Positions 51,547 through 63,171 of a stretch of 64,000 nucleotides of DNA are shown piece after piece. Source of the stretch: a virus (lineage: Duplodnaviria; Caudoviricetes); IMG/VR virus record IMGVR_UViG_3300035498_000621, positions 97,413-161,412 of that record. One strand, 5' to 3'. How positions within the stretch are numbered: position 1 is the stretch's first letter; each line of letters starts with the position of its first letter. The position numbers and the translations under genes were made by a program. The notes under the pieces were generated by a model. That model saw only the letters and a program-made list of their open reading frames with translations. It did not search any database and had not been told where the DNA came from.

Positions 51547-53495
51547 AAGTTTACGGAAAAGATATAACCTCAATTAAAACTCCTTTAAAAATTCATTTAC
51601 CTGACGGTACAATAATGAATTTTAAAAATTCTGAAGAAGCATAGAATTGGTTTAATGCTAGCAATTATGCCGATACTTCTAGTTTTTAGGATTATGAAAC
51701 TAATAATTTAGTTACACCTGAAGCTAAAGAAATTGTTGTAATACCAACTTCTCAAAATAAAGGAATTGATACTTATATTGGAGCTAATTATAATCCAGAA
51801 TTTAATAAAGTATATAATAAAATGGGAATGAATCCAGTCAATTGGACTGATTTTATTCCTAAATCTTATTGGGATTCTGATGTTCATAAAAATATAAAAG
51901 AAGGATTTGATATAGCTTCTGTAGTTCCTGGATCAATGATTTTTTCTGCTGCATATACTGTTCCAGAATTAGCTGGAGCATTAAATTTAAAATTTGCATA
52001 TGATGGTGCTAAAAAATTAATAAGTCCAGAAGGAGTATAGAAAACATATAATAAATTTAAAGAAGGAGATTATAAAGGAGGAGCTATAAGTGGTGCTGGA
52101 GATTTATTTGATGTAGCTATGACATTGCCAGTTTTAAATACAGTTACACGAGCATCGTATAATGCAGCTAAACCTACTATAATAGGATTTAAAATGAATA
52201 ATGAACTTAATAAAACTCCTATTATAGAAAATGAAACTCTTCCATTAAATATAGGATGGGGGCCTAAATAGACAATTGCTGTTACTCATAAATCTAATCA
52301 TGCTGCACCACCACCTTTATATAATGAAAAACGTTGGGATGTTGTTAACGAAGGAGCTAATCCATTTGGAATATGGTGGTAGGGTAAATGGGGAATTCCA
52401 CGTACTATTGAAACAGGTAATACTGTTAAGCAAGCACAAAAAGCACTTAATGCTAGAAATCTTTTTGCTAAACGACCATATACTCATTCTGGTGAATTAA
52501 CATTAGAAAAACCAATAGTTACTGTTGGTGATGTTCCAAATCGTTCTACTTTATCTTATTAGGCAGAATAGTTAGGAGCTGATGGAATTATTTATAATAA
52601 TGTATATGATAATGGATTTAATAATAATTAGGTAATATTAAGTTTTAAACGTCCTGATAATAATAGTATTAATTCTGAAGTTAAAAATTCATTTTCTATT
52701 AATTCAGATAATAATTCTTATTATTGGAATGGTCCAATGACTACCTGGGATAATTTTAATATTCCTCAATATAAACAAGATTTATTAACCGGTAAATAGG
52801 AATTTATTGATTGGATGAATAATCCAGAATATATTAAGGCAATGTATGCTAATAAAGCAGAAGCAGAAAATATGGGATTATTTTATACGCCAATAATCGA
52901 AAAACCTGAATATTAGCAAGCTGTAACTAATTTTAAACCTACTTTACATACTAGTTTAAATGGAGCAAATGGACAAATAGATTTACAAAATGATATTCCA
53001 GGAGTTATACATTTATCTAGTAAAATGAATATGTCTGCTACTCCAGTAACAAGACATGAACTTGCACATAGTGCTCGTTTAGCATATCCTACTACTGGAG
53101 ATATAAATACTAGAAAAAAAGAACTTGAATATTTACGATTTAAAAATTCACAAGTATTTAATGATTCGAAAGCTGATTTAACTAATGTTGCTGGAAATAA
53201 TTTTTATGATTTTAGTTCAACAGGTTACCCACATGAGGCTGTAACAAATGCTAGAGATTTAGGAGCAAAATATGGAATTAAAGTTGGACAAGAATATCCT
53301 GGCGACTAGTAGGTATTAGATTTATTAGAAACAATGTATAATAATCAATAGCTAGGAAGTTTTGGTAGTAAATTTATTGAAGCTTTGAGAACAGATAAAG
53401 AACATCTTAAATATGTATGGAAAGCATTGAATGGAACTTAGTGGAGCCTTCTTCCTTTTATAATAGGTGGTACAATAATAAATAATAATAAATAA
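51537..53495 (+). CDS. modular effector-like protein: shared N-domain, ART-PolyVal-like domain, zincin metallopeptidase (652 aa)
   Basis: THKS...GIWW...LTLEKP...LGADGIIYNNVYD; HELAH plus downstream HEAVTNAR. Confidence 0.75.
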
Positions 53496-53504
53496 TAATA
53501 AATA

Positions 53505-54497
53505 ATGAATACTATTGAACGATTTAAAGAAGGAAAAAAAGTAAAAACTAAATATGGCGAATATTCTGTCGGCTCTTTTATAAAAGTAAAAGGAGAAAAT
53601 TATTGGAGAAGAATAAATTCTGATGGAAAAGCTACTATAGTTGAAAAAGGAAAATAGAATGATAACGAATTGCCTTCAAAAATAAGAAATGAGCTTATAA
53701 AATCTTCAGGAGGAGTTCATGGTAAAGATGGAAATCATTGGACTAATAAATTAGTAAATACTTATTCTTTTATAACTAATATTTCTGGAGGGTGGATTTT
53801 AAATAAAATATTAGATGCTACAGGAATTAATAGTAAAAAATAGAATCTTATTTTAAGAAATACAGAAGGAGAAGGAAATGGCTGGGATTTATTATCAATA
53901 GCTACTGGTGCTTTTAGAAATAATTATTATGATGGAAAATTACATGATAATAAAGATAAAAAAAATAATGGAAGAATAAATGCACAAAATATATATTCTA
54001 ATAATTTCTATGAAGATAATAGAAATTTAATTAATTTATATACTCAGCAAAATGATGCTGGATTTGAGTCAAGCAAATTAGGATTAGGATTATATAAAAA
54101 TCATCCAGAATATTCTAAATATCCTGCTTATGAAGGTAATTTTTATGGAATAGATACTCTTTATTTACCATCTAGTTCAAAACAATATTTTAAAAATAAT
54201 TTAAATTCTAATTTTAATCAAGATCATGATGTTTTAATAAAAGGGATGAAAAGTTTTGAAGGATTAGATGATGTAAGAAATTATAATATGACACCTAAAT
54301 ATATAGATGGTAAATATTATGTTGATATGGAAGATGTATGGAATTTAGATAAAGCTGGATTTGATTCTAGAAATTATCCATTTATTCTTAATTAGAGAAT
54401 TCCTGTAATATTTACAAATGATTAGGAAAAATTAAATATTGTTCCTGAATTAAGTAATTGGTTTGATATTCCAAGTTCATGGAGTATAAAAAAATAA
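53505..54497 (+). CDS. hypothetical protein (330 aa) with N-terminal RFKEG motif
   Basis: Continuous frame under code 15; C-terminal DDVRNY...EDVWNL. Confidence 0.75.
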
Positions 54498-54504
54498 ATA
54501 AATA

Positions 54505-54750
54505 ATGGTTTCTTTAGAAATAAGAAAAGCTAATAGAAATCTTCTTCGATCTAGAAAAAATAAATGTATTTTATGTGGAGAAGATACTTATTGTTGTTTA
54601 GAAATGCATCATATTAAAAATAAAGAATATAATATTTCTAAAGCTGTATAGAATTTATCAACAGAAAAATTTGAAAAAGAATTAGATAAGTGTATATGTA
54701 TATGTAGTAATTGTCATCATAAAATACATAATAATATAATTTAGTTATGA
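54505..54750 (+). CDS. small HNH endonuclease (81 aa)
   Basis: CILCG...CLEMHH...KC.CICSNCHHKIH. Confidence 0.85.
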
Positions 54751-55229
54751 ATTTAATTTCAAAAATTAATCGTAAAATAAATAAATTTCAAAATGGCGGA
54801 ACTCCTAATTATTTTAAAATATATGGAATGAATCCAAACAAATTTACTTCTATGTTTTAGGCATTAATAAATAGGGGTTTATCTAATCAAGTTGCTTTTG
54901 AAATAACTTGGCAAAGTAATAAAGAAGTTCCAAAAGGATTTTATAGTTTTGGATCTAGATTTAATAATGTTGATGATTGGGCTGATAATGTTGTAAATCA
55001 TTAGCTAAATAGAAATATTTATAAAAATGCAAAAAATGCTACTAACTTTCACGAATATCGTAAAGCTACATTACCATATAATAAAGAACCAGGATATACT
55101 GAATGGCTTCAAACTGGAAGAGATTCTGGTAAAGGATTTATAAATTCATATATAGAATAGAATAATCTTGGTGAACCAGTAGCAATGAATTCTAATAATG
55201 AAAATTTAGATGATATATTTAATGGATAA
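54747..55229 (+). CDS. hypothetical protein, possibly divergent lysozyme-like fold (160 aa)
   Basis: N-terminal KFQNGG; AL.NRGLS.QVA..I..QS.KE helix and YN...Y; fold call is weak. Confidence 0.6.
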
Positions 55230-55243
55230 ATTTAATAATTATT

Positions 55244-56119
55244 ATGGCTTTTACATATAACGCATAGAAAAAACGATGGATTGATGAAGATGGAAAAATA
55301 ATTCCATTAGGTAAAGGTTTCTGGAATCAAGCTGAAAAAAGATATTATATGTATGGTTCTGATGGTACAGTTACAAAATATTCAGTACGTGAATGGATGA
55401 CCAAATAGCGTGACGATTTACAAAGAAAAAAATTAGAACTTGAAGCTAAGCATGCAATACCAATGGGAGGAAGTAGTATGATAAGAATAACTCAAAATAA
55501 TCCTGGCGGTACAGATCATAATAAAGACAGAGGAGCATATATTAATCAAGCTCTTGTTGATTCATTACTTAAATATGGTAAAATAGAAAATTTACCAAAA
55601 GCTGAAGCGTTAGGTATAGGTGCTTAGGAATCCACATCAGCTAATCATGAAGGACGTATCACCGATGTTTCAAAAAATAAACAAGTTTTACCATTTTAGC
55701 CGGACCCAAATAGCAGCCCATTAGCAAATATTGTTAAATCATATACTTATAATAGATATGGAAATATGGATATTTTAGAAGATCCATTAACTGAAAGAAT
55801 GCAATCACCTGTAGAGTTATTGAGTAATTGGCATTATTTTAGAGAAACTCCTTATAATTCATTCTTAAATGAATTAGAAAAATATGATTCAGAAGAAGAA
55901 AAAGATGAAGCTGCTTTAAGAGGAAGAGTTTATACAGAAAATCAAGCTGCAAAATATCAAATGTTAAATCCAATATAGGATGCATTTAGATACTATAAAA
56001 CTGGTGGTTATAATTCAGGAGATCCAGATTATATGCAATTAGTAAGACAAAGAGGAAAAGAATTATTGAATAGTCCAGAAGTAAGAATGCTTGTAAATAA
56101 TTCTAAATATAATTATTAA
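55244..56119 (+). CDS. lytic-transglycosylase/lysozyme-like protein (291 aa)
   Basis: ALGIGAQES (catalytic Glu position) and YNSGDPDYMQLV motifs. Confidence 0.65.
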
Positions 56120-56120
56120 T

Positions 56121-59100
56121 ATGAGTACTTTAAAGAACATAACTAATATACCAGGCAAAATTAGAATTAATTTACCAGATGGAACTGTTAAAGAATTTGC
56201 AAACGCATAGTTGGCTCAAGAATTTTTTAATAAAAATTATGGTGATAATTATTCATTACAAATTAATTCTGCAGAAGATAATGATGGAAATGTAAGTGTT
56301 AATGGTGGAGAAAAAAAGGAATTAGAAGTAATTTATAATTCTGATAATACTAATAGTGAATATAATGATCCAGTTAGAAGTGAAATTTTTAATGGAAAAT
56401 ATAATGGCAGATCATTTTCACCAACGCCTCAAAATATACAATATTATTTAAATCTATACGATAGTGATAAGAAAATAAATAAAGAGTATAGTGATACACA
56501 ATGGGCTAAATTATTTGGTGGACATGCATTAGCTGGTATAGGTATTGCTGGAGCTGCTACTGCTCCAATGTGGGCTCCTGCTGTTGGATCGTGGATTGCT
56601 AATACTGGAACTCCTTTATTAATGCAACATATAATAGCTCCAACTGCTGCTGGTATGCTTTGGGATGAAGGACAAAAGGCTTTGACTGGAACTACTACGA
56701 CAGAACAAATAAGTAATTATTTACAAAATAAAGGATGGAATCCTATAGTAGCTGATGCTGTAGGAAGTACTTCAAATCCTGGATATTGGATAAATTTTGG
56801 AGGAGTTGGAAAATATACTAAACCATTTTTTAATAAAATTGGAATAGGTCTTTAGCCATTTTTAGGCAATATTGAACTATCTCCAACTATGTAGGCAAAT
56901 ATAAATGCTTTGATACCTAAATCTAAATTTTAGACTAATGTTGTTGAACCAGTTAATTCATATATTGATAAAAATTTACCTAATGCTGTTCGATATTGGA
57001 CTAATCCTAATTATAGATTAAAAGTAATTAATGCTAGAAAATTTAAAGACGGAATAAGTAGTGATAAGTTTTTGGATCCAATTAGAATAGAAAGAGATAA
57101 TAAGTTAAAAATAATAGGTAATAAAACAAAGTTAGTAGAGGATCAATAGGCATCTACAAATCGTACTTTAGATCAAATGCAATATAAATTTAATAGTTAG
57201 TTTTATCGTAAATATGATCCAACCACTAGAATGTTAAAATATTGGGATGGGCCAACAACATTTACTAGTTTTACTCATTTTGAAAAACCTGATTATATAA
57301 CATATACAGATGAATTAGGTAATATATTTAATTCTGATATAACTTCTGTATCTCCTTCAACAAAAAAAATATCATTTAATATACCTAAAGGTAGATATAA
57401 CCATTTTGATAACACCCCACTAATATCGTATAGTGAAAACGGTTCATATGAATCATATTTTTTACAATAGCCAGAAGAATTAATTAGCGCAATATCACAA
57501 AGAAATAATAGACTTAGAAGTATAATAGGGGATGATGGAGTTATAGGCGGCAGTGGTTCAGTAATGGAAAATGGAACAATAGCAGGATCTCCAGATGATG
57601 ATGATATTATTACTACTGTTACTAGACTTCCTTCTTTAATGCAAAAATTAAATGCTAGAAAAATTGTTGATTTACCTGGAAATACAGGTATTAGAATAGA
57701 ATCTAATAATTTAAAATTAAATAAAGATAATTAGCATATAGGAGATGTAGATATAATATATGAATAGAATGGACATGCTATTGGTAAATTAGCTCATGAA
57801 TTATATGAAATATTTTATCCAACTGAATATAAACAAATAAGAGAATCATTTAGAAATAATACAGCATATCAAGAATATTTAAATGGCGGTTATTATGATA
57901 TAAATTCAATATCAAATACAGAACTTCCAGTATCATCAGAATAGTTATATTCATTAGTTAAATAGAATCCTGAAGTTAAAAGCTTAATGGATCTTTTATT
58001 TAGTCATAAAGAAAAACATAATAAAAGAGCATTTACTGCAATAATTTAGCCTAAAAATACAGAATTAGTTAAAAGAATGATTGATGCTAAATCAACATCT
58101 TTATATGGAGAATCTATAAAATTACCACAAGGATTTGATTTATCTAATATTGAAGCAAATAAAGAATTACTTAATAGATATGGTCTTCCTGTAGAACTAG
58201 CTTCTAATAAAGAAGTGATGGAAAATATTTCTAGATATTTATATTTATCATAGGGTTCTATAACCAGAGGTGTTAAAATAAGACATCTTAAAAATAATAA
58301 TGGAGAATATATTGATCAATATAAACTTCCAGTAGATGAATTTGCAAATATTTTATCTGGAGCGCATAATATAACATATTCTTTACAAGCTGGATCTGCA
58401 TCTGGTATTGGTGGCAACTTTACTTTAGGAAGTAGAGGAGGAGGAACATTTGGCGATGATTTATCAATTGGATTATTAAATATCCCTGAAGAAATAAATA
58501 ATCCTATAAAATTATATAATTATCTATCTCAAGAAGAATCAAAAATTACTAAAGAATAGGCTAATTAGATTAATACTTTTATGCGTGATAATAATTTAAA
58601 ACTTTATGGTATTAGAGATCAATTAAAAGAAGGTGATCAATATAGATATGTTTTAAGCGCAATTAGCGATGCAGATAGTAAAGAGAATAATCAAAAAATA
58701 TCAGAAATATTACAAGTTCCATTTTTAAAAGGAGATCCATATTATAATTCATTTGATAATATGCCTGGTAAAATAATTCCTAATTATGTTGGGGTAATTA
58801 GTGATAATGCTTTTAAATCAAGAGGATTTACTTATTCAAAACCTACTGATTTAAATTTAGAACATGGATCTTTTAAACCATTCTATAATTCTGGTATGCT
58901 TATTACTGGTAATACTCGAATATCAATCGACGATACTATAAATATGATATCATCTTTTTCAAATTTTGAAGGAAAAGATAGATTAATATCATTTTTAAAT
59001 AAAGTTAAAACTCAAGTAGATAGTGATGCTAAACTCACATAGAATTATTCAAATAAAATAGGATATTTAACTAAAGTAAGAAATATATTATAGAGTAAAC

Positions 59101-59450
59101 ATACTAATTTAAATACTGAATATAATTTTACTTTGAATTCATATAATAATAAAATTAATAAAATATATGCCAAATTAAAAAATGCAAATGATTCTTATTA
59201 TCATCATTATACTCAAGAAAGAGAAATTGCTCGCGATATACAACAGAAAGCTAAAAAACTTGCTAATATTTCTGTAGGAACTATTATTGCTGCGGCATTA
59301 GCTGTACCAGCTGGTATGAAAATTAATTCTTCAATTGAGGAAGATAAAAAAATAGAACAATGGTATAGAGAGCATAATTATTCTTTAGATACAGATTTTG
59401 GCGAATTGTCTAAAGAGGATTAGGAAAGTTTTTTAAAATTATTTGATTAA
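56121..59450 (+). CDS. modular effector-like protein: shared N-domain, hydrophobic segments, pol-beta-family nucleotidyltransferase-like domain (1109 aa)
   Basis: VIGGS...G...G.PDDDDII and a later GDVDII; four ORF fragments in one frame. Confidence 0.75.
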
Positions 59451-59451
59451 T

Positions 59452-60174
59452 ATGCCTGATTATACTAAACCAATTATTAATTATACACCTCCTAAAAGCG
59501 ATAGTCCAGAAACTATTGCGTGGCTAGCTAATTGGCTAAATAATAGACGAGAATAGCTTTATAATAATTTAGGAGGAATATTTTCATGGAGTGGTTACCA
59601 TCCAAATACATATAATATTTAGCAAAGACAAATGGCAAGACCTGGATTCAATAAAAGAGTTTATGTAAATAAAAATTTTTATAGCCAAATAGAAAATGCT
59701 GCTTCTGCTAAACTTTATAATCATGAAATAAATGATTGGGATAAGGGATTTGCTAGTGGATATTATAGTCTTAATGATCATACTATTCATATATTGCCTT
59801 ATTTAGCTAATAGAGAATCCCATGGTAATACAATACTTCATGAATATACTCATGCTATGGGAGCTGAGCCATAGAAATATACTATTAGAAAAATAATGCA
59901 AACATCTAAAGTAAATAAAGATTGGAATAAAGATGGATTGTATAGCGATTCTAGTATTAATTATTTATTAAATCCTAGTGAAATATATTCTAGAATGATG
60001 GAATTTAGATATGAAAATAATATTAAACCATAGCAAATAATAGATTAGAAATTTTTAGATTCTCATAGAGAATCAATAAAAAATAATGAATTAGATATGT
60101 TCAATGATGAAGATTTAATAAAATTATTTAATGAAGTTGCATATCAACCTAAAGAGACAAATAATATGGTATAA
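59452..60174 (+). CDS. zincin-like metallopeptidase (240 aa)
   Basis: GYY...HTIHI...ILHEYTH...YLLNPSEIYSRMMEFR. Confidence 0.85.
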
Positions 60175-60185
60175 ATATTTTATTT

Positions 60186-62168
60186 ATGGCTAAAACTAAA
60201 TATACAAATATAACTCATATTCCTGGTTAGATAAAAATAAATCTTCCAAATGGTTCAGTAAAGACATTTGCAAATTCTAATGACGCTTAGAAATTCTTTG
60301 ATGAAAACTATGGAGAAGGATATTCAATAGAAGTAACTTCTTAGACAGATAATAACGGAGAAGTTACTATAAATGGAGGAGAACTTCCAGAGCTTATTGT
60401 AAGTAATAAAGCTACTAATAAATCAGTGGATCCTATTAGAGAAGGTATTTTCGAAGGTAGATATAATGGTAGAAAATTTACCCCAACTGATGCTAATATT
60501 AAACATTATCTTGATTTATATGAATCAGACAAACATATTGGAAAAGAATATGGAGATAAAGCTTGGGGTAAGGTATTTGGAACTCACGCACTTGCTGGAG
60601 CTGGAATTGCGGCAGGAGCATATGCTTTTCCATGGATAACTGCTAATATATTTCCTTATCTTACTGCTAATGGTTGGCTAGCTTCTACAACAGCAACAGG
60701 TACTACTCCAGCGTGGTTAACTCCTACTACTGCAACAGCTATTGATGCTACTATGGCAGGATTAGGAACTGGAGCATCTGTTAATGATTTAGTATAGAAT
60801 GGACCATCAGTTGGCAATGTAACTGGTACTGCATTAGGAGGATTAGGATTAGCATATGAGGCATTACCTGTAATTAAAGAAGGAACATAGCTCTTAACAA
60901 ATTGGAGACCTTATTTACCATTAAATCCAAATAGATACTATAGAATTGTAGGAGCTGCAAATAACCCTAATGGAGATGCTATTCTTGACGCTAATTTAAC
61001 AGGAGTAATTAGGAGTAATGCTACTGGTAAAAGTATGACATTTATAGATAGTGAAGGTAATGCTCATTCATTTGGTAAATCTTTTGATTACCCTATGTTT
61101 TCTAAAGGTTTTCCGTGGAGAGGAAGTACTAATGGTGCTGATTCTAAAGGATTTAGAGTAATTAGGAGTAAAGCTGATACTGGGCCTATTAAATGGGAAG
61201 AATCTAATATTGATTTTAGACATAAAGGACATAAAGGAATCTTTAGACCTAGATATAATGGAGATTTACAAGCATCTCCTACTGAATATTTTGAATATTG
61301 GGAACCTGCTAAATGGTTTGGTTGGAATAGAAAGAACTTTACGAAAGTAAATAATTCTGTAAATAATTCTGTTAATTATGGATTAGAAAATTTTAAACAT
61401 ATTATAGATAGTGAAAAAGATCCTGATTTAAAATCAAAATTAATTTAGATGTATAAAGATAAATATCCTGAAAATGAAGGGTATTTACGCTATGAAGATG
61501 AATTAAATAAGTATCTTGATCTTTGGTATAAATAGGTTACTCGTCCTCAACTTTAGTAGTAGGGAATTACTAATGTTCCTGATAATCTATTTTTTTAATC
61601 CAAAATGGTCATATGGATTTTCAAATCAACCTGTAGTAATAGTTAGTCATTCTGATGGCCTTCCAGAGAATTCATTTGGAGTACATTATACTATGTCAGG
61701 ACATAATTATGTTATTGATGACCTAAATTAGGAACGTTTAAATAGTCACGGAATACATGAAGCAGTTTCTCATGGAACAGATATGTTTGTTGTTAATATA
61801 AAAACAAATATTAGACATTTTTAGATGAAATTGCTAATAATAGCGGACTAAGTTTTAAAACTAGAGGAGAAAATTGGCAAGAATTACGTGCTACTTTAAA
61901 TCAAGTAAAACATAGTTTAAGAAAATATTTCCCATTAAAAGATGGAAAACTTGTAATAAATGAAGAGAGTGTTTCAAAAATTCCAGAAGACGAATTATTA
62001 AATGCTTTAGAATATTCTAATGGTTACGCAGAAGATGATTATGTCCCGATGATTAATTCATTAGATGAAAAAACTAGATCTGAAACTATAAATAAATTAC
62101 GTAAGCTGTTATTACTTCCTTCTATGACAGGAATTACATATAAAACATTAAAAAATAATAATGAATAA
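60186..62168 (+). CDS. modular effector-like protein (shared N-domain, possible ART-like domain, HExxxH zincin-like domain) interrupted by two compensating homopolymer indels
   Basis: Paralogous N-terminus to 56121; TAA at 61596-98 after a T7 run; HEAVSH in the +1 frame; original frame resumes near an A5 run at 61800 with WQELRA. Confidence 0.7.
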
Positions 62169-62170
62169 CA

Positions 62171-63121
62171 ATGAAATATTATGGCGATGAATAGCATCCA
62201 ATAGAATTAAATTCAGTAACAATAACTTATAATAAAAAAGGATACTTAGATAAAATTTTAGATTTTATAAATGATGAAATCTTTTTAAATAGGGATAATA
62301 TAAGAACTAATAATATTAATAATAATCCTAACGCTCTTGATAATTTTGATATTGCAAAAAATGTTACAGAATTTACAAATATATCATCATTGGGCCTTAT
62401 TAATAGATTTTCTCCTACACAAAATATTAGATTAATGCTTGATGCATTTAAAGGGAATAATATAATTGATAGTTGGTTTGGAAATAATGGTATTGTTTCT
62501 GACAATTTTGCAGACTCATATCCAAAATTATCGTTTGCTATAAATGGAATTGCTGATTTAGGAACAACTTCTTTTTCATTAAAACCGTTTGATTATGGTC
62601 AATAGTATAAAAATTTATCAGGGAAATGGAATAATTTTGGATCAGAATCTTATGTACGATTATCAGATAATGTTGTTCATAAAATACCTCAAAAGCCACT
62701 AAAGTATAAATTTCAAATACCTTTTGCAGTTAGATCGAAATTAAATGCAAATAGATATAATAGTCAAGTTCCATACACATATAAAGGTTATTTAAAAAAT
62801 AAATCTGGATATTACCCAATTTACGAACAATCTAAAGTAGAAATCCCTCCTAGGGGATCAATTTTAGAAACCAAAGCATATAATGACGTAATATCTTCAA
62901 ATGCTAAAGAACCTTTAAGAACTAAATTACAATATAATATATTTGATATAGATATAGGACATAATATAGGAATATTAAACGGAAAAGGAGTAATGTATGA
63001 TCCTATACTAAGTTAGGGTATAGTACCTCCTATAGGTAGTTGGGTTAATAGAAATTTTATATTCAATTATAATATGCTTCCTATATTATCAGGATTAAAT
63101 GGGTAGATAGTAGATAAATAA
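62171..63121 (+). CDS. Ser/Thr kinase-like protein (Kinase-PolyVal-like, 316 aa)
   Basis: FGSESYV...VVHK, YPIYEQ, FDIDIGHNIG...VMYDP. Confidence 0.7.
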
Positions 63122-63133
63122 TTGGATTAAAGA

Positions 63134-63167
63134 AAAGGCGGCTCGGATTCACATCCAAGTCGCCTTT
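63134..63167. terminator. bidirectional terminator between convergent operons
   Basis: AAAGGCGGCT...AGTCGCCTTT stem with A/T runs on both sides. Confidence 0.75.
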
Positions 63168-63171
63168 ATAA

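Noticed and set aside
53474-53506. AATAATAATA tandem repeat
   Set aside because: Low-complexity slippage at a gene end in very AT-rich DNA
51207-62505. Minus-strand ORFs 51207, 59584, 62227 and alternate-frame 52276 in the island
   Set aside because: Antisense or off-frame shadows of recoded plus-strand genes
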